Shown here piece after piece: positions 20,169-34,865 of a stretch of 64,000 nt of DNA. Made by a program: the position numbers and the translations under genes. The notes beneath the pieces were generated by a model. That model saw only the letters and a list, made by a program, of their open reading frames with translations, had not been told where the DNA came from and did no database searches. This DNA is from Chloroflexota bacterium (GTDB taxonomy: Bacteria; Chloroflexota; UBA11872; VXOZ01): positions 416,001-480,000 of the forward strand of contig OZ219801.1 in the NCBI GenBank assembly GCA_964291655.2. The letters are read 5' to 3'. Numbering within the stretch: the stretch's first letter is position 1; the number at the start of each line of letters is the position of its first letter.

Positions 20169-20639
20169 TCAAACAGATGTGCTGTTGTCCGGGCAGTTCA
20201 CCACGTCGCGTTCGTAGATTGTGCCGAGCACACCGTTTATGAAGCGGGGGGAGTTGTCAGAGGCGTAGATCTTGGCCAGTTCCACTGCTTCATTTATGAC
20301 AACTTTAGGGGGTATATCGGGCACATAGAGCAACTCGTATACGGCAAGGCGCATGATGGCTTTATCGACCAGCGCCATTTGGCCCATAGGCCACATTGAC
20401 GCGGCATGCTGGATCTTCTCGTCGATCTGCGCCAGGCGAGCCCGGACACCGGAGACGAGACCCTCCAAGAGTTCGTGTGCCTCCGCCTTGGTTTCCGCCA
20501 TGCACTCCACTTTGCTCTGCACAACGTCCGGAGACTCATCAGACAAGTCTAGCGCGAAGAGCACCTGCATAGCAGCCACACGCGCATGGCGGCGCGGGTG
20601 AATTCGTCTATCGGAAACATTGGCAGTACTTGTCGTCAT
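20169..20639 (-). CDS. nusB: Transcription antitermination factor NusB
   Basis: [36 protein letters not shown] and FINGVL motifs. Confidence 0.95.
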   Translation of the reverse strand: MTTSTANVSDRRIHPRRHARVAAMQVLFALDLSDESPDVVQSKVECMAETKAEAHELLEGLVSGVRARLAQIDEKIQHAASMWPMGQMALVDKAIMRLAVYELLYVPDIPPKVVINEAVELAKIYASDNSPRFINGVLGTIYERDVVNCPDNSTSV

Positions 20640-20748
20640 TCGTCGTCACTCACTTTCGCTCTGCAGAGCGACCGTCCCATAGACGCGGTATTACGCAGCT
20701 CCCGCGCAGCCATGACAAAGGTTTCTGCAAAGGATCGGAGTCGTCCGT

Positions 20749-22083
20749 TCATAGAAGATTGAGCATGTTCGCATCGAAACTGCCTTCCCGGAAGCTCTGT
20801 GCATGGAGGACTTTGCGGTGGAATTCAAGGTTCGTCTTCACGCCGTCGATGACACACTCGTCCAGCGCCCGTAACATGCGTGCTATGGCCTCAGCACGAT
20901 CGGGCGCCCAGGCAATTATCTTGGCAATCAGCGAGTCATAGTGAGGGGGAATTGTGTACCCGCTATAGAGGTGAGAGTCGACGCGGATGCCCGGGCCGCC
21001 AGGGGCGAGAAAGCTCGTCACTTCACCGCTTTCCGGCCGGAATTCATGTTCCGGGTCTTCGGAGGTTATCCGACACTCGATGGCATGCCCCCTGAAGCAC
21101 ACTTCCTGTTGGCTATACCTAAGGGTCTTACCGGCTGCAACGGCAATCTGCTCCCGCACAAGGTCAATACCGGTTGTGCTCTCCGATACCGTGTGCTCCA
21201 CCTGCAAGCGGCAGTTTATTTCCATGAAATAGTAGTTCAGCGCCGAATCGACCAGGAATTCTACCGTGCCCGCGGACGTATATCCAACCGCATTGACTCC
21301 TTGCAGTGCCGCCGCGGCGATGGCTTCCCGTACCGAGGAATCGAGCACCGATGACGGCGACTCCTCGATGAGCTTCTGGTACCGCCGCTGAATGGTGCAA
21401 TCGCGTTCGCCCAGTTGGATCGCGTTGCCTTGGCCGTCTCGGAGGATCTGAACCTCAATGTGGCGGGCAGGAGAGATGTACTTCTCCAAATACAGCCGCG
21501 CGTTGCCAAATGACGCCTGAGCTTCTGCCTGGGCCACCGGAAACGCCGTCGCCATCTCTTTCTCATCACCCACGAAGCGTATGCCCCGTCCCCCGCCTCC
21601 TCCGGCCGCCTTGAGTACCACCGGGTACCCGATGGAATCAGCATCCTCCAGAGCATCCGCTGCATTCCTGACCGGGGAGTCCCGGCCCGGAATAACGGGC
21701 AGACCCGCTTTGCGCATCTCCGCCTTGGCATTGGTCTTGTCGCCCATCGCGTGAATGACGTCGGGACTGGGACCGATGAAGGTAATTCCGTATTTCTCGC
21801 AGATCTCGGCAAAGTACGTGTCTTCTGCCAAGAAGCCAATTCCAGGGTGAATGGCCTCGGCGCCCGTAATGAAGGCGGCACTAATGATGCTCGGTACATT
21901 CAGATAGGACTTGCTCGCGGGGGCAGGTCCAATGCATACGGCTTCATCGGCCAAATGCACCGGTAAAGACTCACGGTCCGCATCCGAGTAAGCGACTACC
22001 GTGGAGATTCCCAACTCACGACAGGCCCGAATCACTCGGAGCGCCGTCTCGCCGCGATTGGCTATGAGGATTTTTTGAAACAC
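20749..22083 (-). CDS. accC: Acetyl-CoA carboxylase biotin carboxylase subunit
   Basis: KILIANRGE, GGGGRG, ERDC.IQRR.QKLIEE, E.N.RLQVEH and GHAIECRI motifs; GTG start at 22083. Confidence 0.93.
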   Translation of the reverse strand: MFQKILIANRGETALRVIRACRELGISTVVAYSDADRESLPVHLADEAVCIGPAPASKSYLNVPSIISAAFITGAEAIHPGIGFLAEDTYFAEICEKYGITFIGPSPDVIHAMGDKTNAKAEMRKAGLPVIPGRDSPVRNAADALEDADSIGYPVVLKAAGGGGGRGIRFVGDEKEMATAFPVAQAEAQASFGNARLYLEKYISPARHIEVQILRDGQGNAIQLGERDCTIQRRYQKLIEESPSSVLDSSVREAIAAAALQGVNAVGYTSAGTVEFLVDSALNYYFMEINCRLQVEHTVSESTTGIDLVREQIAVAAGKTLRYSQQEVCFRGHAIECRITSEDPEHEFRPESGEVTSFLAPGGPGIRVDSHLYSGYTIPPHYDSLIAKIIAWAPDRAEAIARMLRALDECVIDGVKTNLEFHRKVLHAQSFREGSFDANMLNLL

Positions 22084-22231
22084 CAAATTGCCTAGGTTCA
22101 GTTTTGTGGCAGCCTTAGAGAGGGTCTCCGCCTGAACAGCACCTGACCTCGCCGTACTGTAGCTCCTGGCCCTTCTTCTAACAATCGTCAAGGCCCAAGG
22201 CGGCGTGCCGCTTCAGACGCTTCACTCGCCT

Positions 22232-22972
22232 CTAATACATCATAATGCCGCCGTCTACGATGAGTATCTGACCCGTAATATATGAAGCTTCCTCAGAAGC
22301 CAGGAAGGCAACGGCAGCCGCAAGCTCGTGGGGATCGCCATAGCGTCCCAGGGGGATTATCTTCAGAATAGTATCGACCATGTCTTCCGGAATAGAGTCC
22401 GTCATGGGGCCGCCGAAATAGCCCGGCGCAACACAATTCGCCGTAACGTTTCGCGTCGCCACTTCGCGCGCAAGCGACCGTGTAAACCCCCAGAGCCCGG
22501 CCTTGGAGGCAGAATAGTTCGCCTGACCCGGCGCGCCCATGAAACCGCCAATCGAGGAAACATTGACGATACGTCCGTAGCGCGTCCGCAGCATGTTGCG
22601 CACAACCGCCTTACTGCAAAGGAACGCCGATTTCAGATTGGTATCGACCACAGCATCCCAATCTGCTTCAGACATGCGCACGAATAATGTATCCCGCGTA
22701 ATACCGGCATTGTTGACGAGAATGTCTATCTGTCCGCAATCGTTGTGGACGGACTTGACCATATCTTCAATTTCGTCGGAATTGGTTACGTCAGCCCGGG
22801 CTGCGCTGGCGCTGCCACCTTCCGCGACGATATCTGCTACGACTCGCTCAGCCGCCTCAGCGCCACTATGGTAGTGCACAACCACGTGAGCCCCCTCATT
22901 GCCAAGCCGCGCGCAAATGGCTGCACCTAAGTGACCGGACCCGCCAGTGACCAGCGCAACCCGCCCTTTCAT
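22232..22972 (-). CDS. fabG: 3-oxoacyl-ACP reductase
   Basis: TGGSGHLG, NNAGITRD and YSASKAG motifs; next to fabD. Confidence 0.9.
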   Translation of the reverse strand: MKGRVALVTGGSGHLGAAICARLGNEGAHVVVHYHSGAEAAERVVADIVAEGGSASAARADVTNSDEIEDMVKSVHNDCGQIDILVNNAGITRDTLFVRMSEADWDAVVDTNLKSAFLCSKAVVRNMLRTRYGRIVNVSSIGGFMGAPGQANYSASKAGLWGFTRSLAREVATRNVTANCVAPGYFGGPMTDSIPEDMVDTILKIIPLGRYGDPHELAAAVAFLASEEASYITGQILIVDGGIMMY

Positions 22973-23125
22973 AGATCATCCTTCACGTAGTAAGACTGCT
23001 GTTTGCCAGAACACTTCGACCTGAATGCATGCGCACATAGAATCATGCAAACTACCTGAACCGCTCAACACAGTTTCGGACTGGCCTAACACTCGTGCCG
23101 GCGCTTCAGCATGACTACACCAGGT

Positions 23126-24106
23126 CTATGCGACCTCGCCGGATTCGGCCGCGCGCAGGGCCGCTTGCTGGGAATCTATCGCCGTTGCCGTGGTTGCCGC
23201 AGCGATGCTCCCGATCATTTTGGTCAATACGGCGCCCGGCCCAAACTCATAGATTGGATTCAGGTTTCTTCGCAAGAGCATGTCTATTGTCGCTGCCCAG
23301 CGCACCGGAGACGTGACCTGCACAGAAAGTTCGTGCCGCAAGGCCTCCACCGTGGTAACGATATTGGCGGTTGTATTGGCTACGACTGGAATACGCGGCG
23401 GCAGGAGCGACGCTGCAGCTACCGCGGCTCGCCATTCATCCTGCACCGGCGCCATCGCCTGCGTGTGAAACGCGCCGCCAACCCTTAAAGGCACGATGCG
23501 CCGTGCGCCGTGTTCCTTCAGCAGAACGATGGCGCTGTCCAATCCAGCCTTATCTCCTGCGATGACAACCTGTTGAGGCGTATTGAAAGTGGCAATAGTC
23601 ACAATGCTCCGCACATCAGCGCTCCGCGCTCGTGCGCAGAGCTGCATGACAACCTGGGGCGAGACGCCAATCACGGCCGCCATTCCCCCAGGCGCGTCTG
23701 CAACAGCGCGTTGCATAAGCTCTCCTCGAGTCTGCACCAGCCGCAGCCCGTCTTCTAAAGAGAGCGCTCCGGCTGCATACAGGGCGGTGAATTCACCGAT
23801 ACTATGTCCGGCAACCAAAGCAGGCTGCAGCGCGTCCGGCAGTTCCGATACTGCCTCCACGCCACAAGCCTCCAAATATGCAGCCAAGCATGCGGCACTG
23901 GCAGTGAAAATGGCAGGTTGCGCGTTACGCGTTTCGGAGAGAACTCCTAGCGGGCCTTCGAAGCTCAGCGCTGTCAAATCCGTGCCTAGGACGTCATCCG
24001 CAGCAGCGTAGACTCGCTTCGCAGCAGCAGAGTGTGCGGCGACATCCGCGCCCATGCCTACTCGTTGCACGCCTTGACCCGGGAAAATGTATGCTCTACT
24101 TCCCAT
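23126..24106 (-). CDS. fabD: Malonyl-CoA:ACP transacylase
   Basis: FPGQG.Q, AQPAI, GHSIGE, GAFH and SPVRW motifs. Confidence 0.93.
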   Translation of the reverse strand: MGSRAYIFPGQGVQRVGMGADVAAHSAAAKRVYAAADDVLGTDLTALSFEGPLGVLSETRNAQPAIFTASAACLAAYLEACGVEAVSELPDALQPALVAGHSIGEFTALYAAGALSLEDGLRLVQTRGELMQRAVADAPGGMAAVIGVSPQVVMQLCARARSADVRSIVTIATFNTPQQVVIAGDKAGLDSAIVLLKEHGARRIVPLRVGGAFHTQAMAPVQDEWRAAVAAASLLPPRIPVVANTTANIVTTVEALRHELSVQVTSPVRWAATIDMLLRRNLNPIYEFGPGAVLTKMIGSIAAATTATAIDSQQAALRAAESGEVA

Positions 24107-24513
24107 CGCTCCGTTTCCGATCTGCACAAGTAGCGCTGCAAGGCACTTCTGCCCCGCCATGCTGACTTTCACCCAGCCAACGCATCAAGATACCACTCTA
24201 TGACACTGTACACGCTTTGGCCGAATCCCATTTGCAGCAACACCTGATTGCACATGGAATGGGCGAGTGGATGGGGACCAGTTACTAAACCCAATTTGGG
24301 CATCCTCCCCCCAGCATGCCGAAGCTAGTCATTGAGAATATGACCCGAAGTTGGCGCCTCGCCACTTTGAGGAATGCAGAAGCCCGGTAACAATACGACA
24401 AGCAAAACTCGCCGGACCACTACTTTCAACCCATGCGGCACTTGACCGCGCCATGGCAAAGCGTGCAATTGCGGCAATGCGGAAAGCAGGCAGGATACCG
24501 TCAAGAATTGGCC

Positions 24514-24705
24514 CTAGGAGCCCGGAGTTTCTATCTCCAAGACTTCCTGACCGCGGTAGTAACCGCAAAACGAACATACCGTGTGGGAAGGCACCGGTTG
24601 ACGGCACCTTGGACACGCTATCAAATGCACGCTCAGGTTGTTCAGATGCGAGCGTCGTTTGCCTTGTCGCGAACGCGAAATCTTCTTCTTAGGTTGTGCG
24701 CCCAT
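24514..24705 (-). CDS. rpmF: 50S ribosomal protein L32
   Basis: AQPKKK.S...RRSH and CxxC...H.VCxxCG.Y.G motifs. Confidence 0.95.
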   Translation of the reverse strand: MGAQPKKKISRSRQGKRRSHLNNLSVHLIACPRCRQPVPSHTVCSFCGYYRGQEVLEIETPGS

Positions 24706-24735
24706 TATCACCTCACAAATATCATGCGCTCATCT

Positions 24736-25290
24736 TCACGCCGGTCGCTCTTGCCCCATTTTCTGCAGCATATCCTGCAATGGCGCCAATCGCACGTCCG
24801 GCGTCTCATCCACACACTTACAAAAACTGTTATTCCGATCGCCGCCGCACTCCGGACATATACCGAGGCAATCCGGCTGGCACCGGGGCATGAGCGGTTG
24901 ACCGATCTCTATGTACTGTCGAACCGCCTCGCTGAGGTCTAGACGGTCGACACTCTCAATGAGAAACTCGGAATCAATGTCATCGTGATCGAGACGAATT
25001 GCCTTACCTGTTGCCAGGTCAAAGACCGGGTAGTACATCTCTTCAAACTGAATTAGCACATCTTCATCAAAAGCGTCTAAGCACCGGCAACACAGTAATT
25101 CTATCGTAGCATGGAGATCACTTCTGACAACAATGCCTTTCCCCGCACGGGCCAACTCAATCGTGCCTTCAATTGGTGTTACGAGGGAAATGTCTCTCCA
25201 ATTGGGAAGGAACCCTTCAATCTCGTGACAACGCAACGTGCCAGACACATCTTGGAGAAGCCCGGCCACATTTAAGGTCAGCCTATCCAT
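24736..25290 (-). CDS. yceD: YceD/DUF177 metal-binding protein
   Basis: C.RCL, C..DC.G.C..CG and D.RLA.L motifs; directly upstream of rpmF. Confidence 0.88.
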   Translation of the reverse strand: MDRLTLNVAGLLQDVSGTLRCHEIEGFLPNWRDISLVTPIEGTIELARAGKGIVVRSDLHATIELLCCRCLDAFDEDVLIQFEEMYYPVFDLATGKAIRLDHDDIDSEFLIESVDRLDLSEAVRQYIEIGQPLMPRCQPDCLGICPECGGDRNNSFCKCVDETPDVRLAPLQDMLQKMGQERPA

Positions 25291-25298
25291 GGCTTGTC

Positions 25299-25805
25299 TT
25301 ACTCTGCCGAATCCTGCGAGCTACGATCGCCCCTTGTGCGAGCGGAAGTAACCGCCTCAGGTTCAGTGTCTGCCATTGCTTCCAGGAATATCTGCACGCG
25401 CTCATGCAGCTGTTCAAATCGTGTGCGCAGATCGGTCAAGGACCGCACAGCATAGGCGTCTGATTCTCGCTGGATTTCACTCGCCTGCTCTTCGGCTTCC
25501 TCCACAATTCCGCGCGCGTTATCTTCCGCCGCGCGAACGAGGCCGTGCTCGGAGAGTATCTCCTCCGCCTGCTCATGGGCAATCGCCACAATGCGTTCGG
25601 CCTCCAGGCGCGCCTGTTCGGGGATGCGGCTGCGCTCCTGAAGCATGCGCCTTGCTTGCCGCACTTCATCAGGCACTGACATTCGCATCTGCGCAATAAC
25701 GTCGAGGCACTCTTGCTCGTCCAGCATAATCTTATTGACAAAGGGAACCCGTTGGCCTGTGTTGACGAGCGCCTCTAAACGTTCAATTAGTGCAAAAATG
25801 TCCAT
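25299..25805 (-). CDS. Conserved coiled-coil protein between coaD and yceD (SepIVA/DivIVA-like)
   Basis: RVPF..K..LD motif, A/E-rich coiled coil, conserved position. Confidence 0.7.
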   Translation of the reverse strand: MDIFALIERLEALVNTGQRVPFVNKIMLDEQECLDVIAQMRMSVPDEVRQARRMLQERSRIPEQARLEAERIVAIAHEQAEEILSEHGLVRAAEDNARGIVEEAEEQASEIQRESDAYAVRSLTDLRTRFEQLHERVQIFLEAMADTEPEAVTSARTRGDRSSQDSAE

Positions 25806-25889
25806 CCTGGCTACCCCTTTTGTCGGCCGCCCGTCTCATGCGTTCATTACAGATAACCCATATCCCGCATGAAGCCGCGCTATGAGCCT

Positions 25890-26369
25890 TCACATAGTCT
25901 GCACCTCACGCAATCGTGCCGCAACCACCTCCGGTACGAATGCGTCAACATTTCCACCCAGCTTGGCGACTTCTTTAACAAGACTCGCGCTTAAGAATGA
26001 ATACTTCACCGATGTCATGAGGCAGACGACTTCAAGGTCGGGACGAAGTTGCTGATACATGGCGGCAAGCTGAAACTCATACTCAAAATCCGTTACCGCC
26101 CGCAACCCTCGTACCAGCACTTGCGCGCCGAGTTCATGCGCACACTCCACCGTAAGGTTCGCAAAGCTCCTTACCTCAACATTGGGCCACTGCTTCACGG
26201 CCGTCGTAAGCATTTTCACGCGGTCTTCTAAGGAAAAGAGCACATCCTTCCTGGGATTAGCATAGACTCCAACGAAAAGCCCATCGAAGATTCGAGACGC
26301 CCTGGCAATTATATCCATGTGTCCGTTCGTAACTGGATCAAAGCTCCCAGGATAGAGCGCCGTGGGCAC
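25890..26369 (-). CDS. coaD: Phosphopantetheine adenylyltransferase
   Basis: YPGSFDPVTNGH and RGLRAVTDFEYE motifs. Confidence 0.97.
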   Translation of the reverse strand: MPTALYPGSFDPVTNGHMDIIARASRIFDGLFVGVYANPRKDVLFSLEDRVKMLTTAVKQWPNVEVRSFANLTVECAHELGAQVLVRGLRAVTDFEYEFQLAAMYQQLRPDLEVVCLMTSVKYSFLSASLVKEVAKLGGNVDAFVPEVVAARLREVQTM

Positions 26370-26592
26370 GTCTTTCGCTGCCTTTCCCGTGCTAGTCGAA
26401 CCACATTATATAGCAATCGTAGCATTGCATCATACTAGTGCTCAACGACACTAGCAAATCATGCTACCGCAACGGAGAAGCGCCGGTTACACTTCCCTGC
26501 GGTATTCTACCAACGACGGAAATACTTTTCAAATCCCAATTGTAGGGTGGTGTGGTTGTTGCTACCGCAAGTTCTCACTTGATTCTGGCCAA

Positions 26593-26621
26593 TTGCACAG
26601 GCTGGCGATGTCTGTTACTCT
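26593..26621 (+). promoter_or_regulatory. Sigma70-type promoter of the pyr operon
   Basis: ttgcac-17 bp-tactct with an extended -10 TG. Confidence 0.55.
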
Positions 26622-26633
26622 AGACCGAAGAAA

Positions 26634-26675
26634 ACTTCTCTTTAAACCCGTCCCGCGAGGCAGGTAAGAGGGGCC
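26634..26675 (+). promoter_or_regulatory. PyrR-binding RNA loop (anti-antiterminator)
   Basis: ctctttaaacccgtcccgcgaggcaggtaagag matches the CUUUAA...GUCC.NGAGGC PyrR-binding consensus; lies directly upstream of pyrR. Confidence 0.82.
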
Positions 26676-26690
26676 CAGATATACTTGGAT

Positions 26691-26720
26691 GCTTCTTGCC
26701 TGCAGGCAGGAAGTTTTTTT
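26691..26720 (+). terminator. Attenuator terminator of the pyr leader
   Basis: Hairpin cttcttgcctgcaggcaggaag followed by a run of T. Confidence 0.85.
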
Positions 26721-26728
26721 GTGCGTAG

Positions 26729-27334
<606 letters not shown>

Positions 27335-28282
27335 ATGCCTCTGGCGCATAGAGACCTCCTCGATCTCGATGACTACTCGTCCGAGGAAATCATGCTCCTG
27401 CTGGAGACTACCTCCGCCATGACGGAGATTCTGTCCCGACCGATCCGGCGGGTGCCTACATTGCGCGGCAAGACTATTGTCAACATGTTCTATGAAGCCA
27501 GTACCCGCACGCGCTCCTCATTTGAGTTGGCAGCGAAGAACCTCTCCGCCGATCTTGTGAATGTGTCCGCGAGCCAAAGCAGTGTCGACAAGGGCGAGTC
27601 GTTGGTTGATACTATGCGCACCCTACAAGCGCTGGGTGCAGACATGATAGTCATGCGCCATTGGGAAGCCGGCGCGCCCTACCTCGCCGCGTCCTGGCTA
27701 AACGCTTCCGTCATTAATGCTGGAGATGGCTGGCACGCCCATCCCAGTCAAGCTCTGCTCGATCTCTATACGGTCCAGCAGCGGCTTGGCACTCTCGAAG
27801 GATTGAAGCTCGTAATCGTGGGTGACATCTTACATAGCCGCGTGGCGCGATCCAATCTCTGGGGTTTTGGCAGATTGGGGGCTGAAATTGTGCTCTGTGG
27901 GCCGCCCACCCTTCTCTCACCTGAGATCCTCGGCATTACTGGGGACATGCCTCAGGTTTCGATCTCATATGATCTCGATGCAGCGATTGTGGACGCAGAC
28001 GTCGTTATGATGTTGCGTCTGCAGCGCGAACGCATGGCAAGCGGGTTGTTGCCTTCCTTGCGTGAATATGCCGTCCGTTTCGGACTCACCCGCCGGCGGT
28101 TGCAGCGCGCTCGTCCAAATGCGCTCATTATGCACCCCGGCCCTATGAACCAGGGCGTGGAGATCTCGCCTGAGCTTGCGTACGGCGAGCAGGCCGTTAT
28201 CGAGGATCAGGTAGCTAACGGAGTCGCGGTACGGATGGCAATATTCTATTTGCTCGCAGGCACGGCGGAGCGGTTGGTATGA
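27335..28282 (+). CDS. pyrB: Aspartate carbamoyltransferase catalytic subunit
   Basis: STRTRSSFE, HPSQALLD, RLQ.ER and MHPGP motifs. Confidence 0.97.
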   Translation: MPLAHRDLLDLDDYSSEEIMLLLETTSAMTEILSRPIRRVPTLRGKTIVNMFYEASTRTRSSFELAAKNLSADLVNVSASQSSVDKGESLVDTMRTLQALGADMIVMRHWEAGAPYLAASWLNASVINAGDGWHAHPSQALLDLYTVQQRLGTLEGLKLVIVGDILHSRVARSNLWGFGRLGAEIVLCGPPTLLSPEILGITGDMPQVSISYDLDAAIVDADVVMMLRLQRERMASGLLPSLREYAVRFGLTRRRLQRARPNALIMHPGPMNQGVEISPELAYGEQAVIEDQVANGVAVRMAIFYLLAGTAERLV

Positions 28283-29616
28283 CCAATAATTGGCTGATCA
28301 CAGGGACACGGGTGCTCGATCCGGCGAACAACCTCGACCGTGTGCAAGACGTGCTGATCAGAGACGGTAAAGTCGCGGAAATCAACGAGTCACTCTCTGC
28401 GGCAGACTATCCCGTTATTGAAGCGGGCGGACTTGTACTCACTCCGGGGTTCGTGGACCTGCACTGTCATCTGCGTGAACCAGGCTTCGAATACAAGGAG
28501 ACCATTGCTTCCGGCACGCTGGCAGCCGCTCGCGGCGGCTTTTCCACTGTCTGCAGCATGGCGAATACGGATCCGGTAGTGGACACTCCGGCAACTATCG
28601 AGCTCATTCTGGAACGCGCGCGGGAATCCGCGGCCGCGCGGGTGTTTCCTCTCGCTGCCGTGACCCAGGGCTTAGAAGGCACGCAGCTCGTGGAGATGGC
28701 GGCACTGGCAGACGCGGGCGCTGTTGCTTTTTCCGATGACGGCATGCCGGTAGCCGATGCTCGCATGATGCGACACGCGCTCGAATACAGTCTTCTCGTT
28801 GGAAAGCCCATCGTAAATCACTGCGAAGAACCCTCTCTCGCCCAAGAGGGCGTCATGCATGAAGGCCTGACCTCCTTGCGACTGGGTCTGCGCGGGATGC
28901 CGGCCGAAGCTGAGGAGACGATGGTGGCGCGGGACGCTCTCTTGGCGCGTCGCACCGGCGCCCACATTCACATCGCCCACGTCTCGACGCGTGGCAGTGT
29001 CGAGATCATCCGCGCAGCGAAACAACAAGGCATTCGCATTACCGCGGAGGTAACGCCTCACCATCTCACGCTTACCGATACGCTTGTTGCTCAGAGACTG
29101 CAAAAAGACGCAGGCGAGGGTCTTGCTTACGACACGCACGCCAAAGTCAAACCGCCTCTCCGCGCTCAAGCAGACATTGAAGCACTCATTGAGGCTTTAA
29201 ATGATGGCACAATCGACGCCATTGCCACGGACCACGCACCCCACAGTACAACCGACAAGCTCTGCGAGTTTAGCGAAGCGGCCTCAGGCATCTCGTGTCT
29301 AGAAACTGCATTCTCGCAAGTCTTTCAGTTGGTGCAAGACGGCAGGGTATCTCTGGAAACGCTCATCAGCAAACTGACGTCAGAACCGTCCCGCGTGTTT
29401 GGCCTGCCGACGGGAATGATCACGGTAGGAGCACCGGCGGATCTAACCCTGCTCGATCTCGGTGCCGCGTGGACCGTAGACCCTGAAAAGTTTGCTTCGA
29501 AAGGCAAAAACACGCCGATCGCGGGAACAACGCTCCCCGGCTGTGTCGCGATGACGTTCGTCGACGGGAGGCTCGTCCATGCGGCTGACGGCTACAGACC
29601 AGGAGGTGCACAGTAA
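28279..29616 (+). CDS. pyrC: Dihydroorotase
   Basis: DLHCHLREPG, EVTPHHL and ATDHAPH motifs. Confidence 0.95.
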   Translation: MTNNWLITGTRVLDPANNLDRVQDVLIRDGKVAEINESLSAADYPVIEAGGLVLTPGFVDLHCHLREPGFEYKETIASGTLAAARGGFSTVCSMANTDPVVDTPATIELILERARESAAARVFPLAAVTQGLEGTQLVEMAALADAGAVAFSDDGMPVADARMMRHALEYSLLVGKPIVNHCEEPSLAQEGVMHEGLTSLRLGLRGMPAEAEETMVARDALLARRTGAHIHIAHVSTRGSVEIIRAAKQQGIRITAEVTPHHLTLTDTLVAQRLQKDAGEGLAYDTHAKVKPPLRAQADIEALIEALNDGTIDAIATDHAPHSTTDKLCEFSEAASGISCLETAFSQVFQLVQDGRVSLETLISKLTSEPSRVFGLPTGMITVGAPADLTLLDLGAAWTVDPEKFASKGKNTPIAGTTLPGCVAMTFVDGRLVHAADGYRPGGAQ

Positions 29617-29618
29617 AC

Positions 29619-30820
29619 GTGTCAGACGCAGATACCTATCCTCACGCCCTGCTCGCCTTGGAAGACGGCAAAGTCTTCTTCGGCCGGGCATTCGGCTCCG
29701 CCAAGGATGCCGCCGGCGAGCTTTGCTTCAATACAAGCATGACCGGCTACCAGGAAATCTGTACCGACCCGTCCTACCGGGGGCAAATCGTCACCCTGAC
29801 GTATCCGCTCATCAATAACTACGGTGTCACTCCGGTTGACATGGAGTCGGTAAATCCATGGCTATCGGGTCTCGTTGTGCGAGAACTCTGCTCCCATCCA
29901 AGCAATTGGCGGGCCACGAATGATCTCGACGCATTCCTGGCAGACAACAATATTCCCGGAATATTTGGTCTGGATACGCGCGCGATTACCCAACACCTGC
30001 GCACTTACGGCTTCAAACGGGCCGTCCTTGCGGTAGCGTCGCCAGACGAGTTGCCGGATGATGCCTACGATCCTTATCTTTGGTCGAGTGGCCGAACCAC
30101 GGGCATTGAATCGTACGTAAATGACTGTGTCGCGCGCGCCCGGCACGTCACTCCGCTCTCGGACCACGATGTCGTGGGCGAAGTCTCGGTAAATTCAGGT
30201 GAGCATACCTCTCACGCGCCCTGGGAACCGTGGCAACTTCCGCCACAGTCCGCCGCGCAGAAACGCCTTGTCCTGATCGACACCGGGGGTAAACACAATA
30301 TTGCCCATTCCCTTACAAGCCGAGGCGCCGAGGTCCTGTGGGTGCCGTACGGCACTCGATATGAGGAGATTTGCAATCTGAATCCGGACGGAATCGTTGT
30401 ATGCAATGGTCCGGGCGATCCGGAAGTCGGCTCGGTCGCCGCAACCGTCGAGACTACGGCTCGGCTCATGCATCGCTATCCGATGTTGGGCATCTGTTTG
30501 GGCCATCAGATTATCGCGTTGGCCGCGGGCGCCCGAGCAAGCCGCCTCAAATTCGGTCACCGCGGCGCCAATCACCCGGTGCAGGATACGGAGAGCGGAA
30601 AGGTGCACATCACCACCCAAAATCATGGTTTTCAAGTTGACGCCAGCAGCATCCCTGAAGAGTCCGGATTCCGCGTCAGCCACATCAGTCTCAATGATGG
30701 GTCGGTCGAAGGCCTCCGCCACCAGGACTTGCCAATTCTAAGCGTGCAATACCATCCCGAGGCTTGCCCCGGACCACAAGACAATCAATATGTATTTGAC
30801 GAATTTGTAGAGCTCCTTTC

Positions 30821-30824
<4 letters not shown>
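29619..30824 (+). CDS. carA: Carbamoyl-phosphate synthase small subunit
   Basis: [23 protein letters not shown] and QYHPEA motifs. Confidence 0.96.
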
Positions 30825-34021
<3,197 letters not shown>

Positions 34022-34046
34022 TGGAAGAGCAAGACTTGCGTTTGCT

Positions 34047-34865
34047 ATGAGCGTCGTCCAAGAACGAGCTAGGGTCATTTTCAACGAGCCCGTTGCTGAC
34101 GGTCTCTTGATAGTCCGGCTGCACTCGCCGCAGATTGCCGCGCAGTGCCAACCCGCGCAATTCGTCCACGTGCGTTGCGGTGACGGCATCGATCCGCTCC
34201 TGCTGCGTCCCTTCAGCATGCTGACGGTTGACCGGGAAGCGGGCACCCTCGACATCCTCTATCAAGTGGTCGGACGCGGCACGGAAATTCTCCAGCACCG
34301 GCGAGCCGGCGATGAAATCCTGCAGCTTGGGCCCTTGGGCAAGTCCTTTACCACGCCGACCAACCAGAGCAATCTCCTGATGATTGGGGGCGGCATCGGC
34401 ATAGCGCCGTTAGTCTTTTTGGCGGAGACGATGATTGCGCGGGGCTACACCGTCACATTGCTGGCAGGCGCCCGCACCGCCGCCCGCCATCTCCCTGCCG
34501 AATACGTGCCGCCGGAAGTGGAGTACGTGCTGGCAACCGAAGATGGTTCGGCAGGCCATCACGGTCACGTTACGGATCTCATTGCCGATTACTATCTCTG
34601 GAGTGACGCCGTCTACGTCTGCGGGCCGTGGCCAATGATCGCGGCAATAGACGCGGCATATCAAGCACGTGCTTGGGGCTGGAACAGCAAGAAGCCCATC
34701 CAAGTCTCGTTGGAGAACCAGATGGGCTGTGCCATGGGGGTCTGTCTCGGTTGCGTCGTCACGACACCACGCGGCTACCAGCGCGTCTGTCGCGACGGTC
34801 CAGTGTTCCCGTTGCGCGACTTGCATCGAGAAATCGCCTCTCGACCGGAGCAAAGAATCGGATAG
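34047..34865 (+). CDS. pyrK: Dihydroorotate dehydrogenase electron transfer subunit
   Basis: RPFS, GPLG, GGGIGIAP, CGP and MGCAMGVCLGC...VC.DGPVF (2Fe-2S) motifs. Confidence 0.92.
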   Translation: MSVVQERARVIFNEPVADGLLIVRLHSPQIAAQCQPAQFVHVRCGDGIDPLLLRPFSMLTVDREAGTLDILYQVVGRGTEILQHRRAGDEILQLGPLGKSFTTPTNQSNLLMIGGGIGIAPLVFLAETMIARGYTVTLLAGARTAARHLPAEYVPPEVEYVLATEDGSAGHHGHVTDLIADYYLWSDAVYVCGPWPMIAAIDAAYQARAWGWNSKKPIQVSLENQMGCAMGVCLGCVVTTPRGYQRVCRDGPVFPLRDLHREIASRPEQRIG

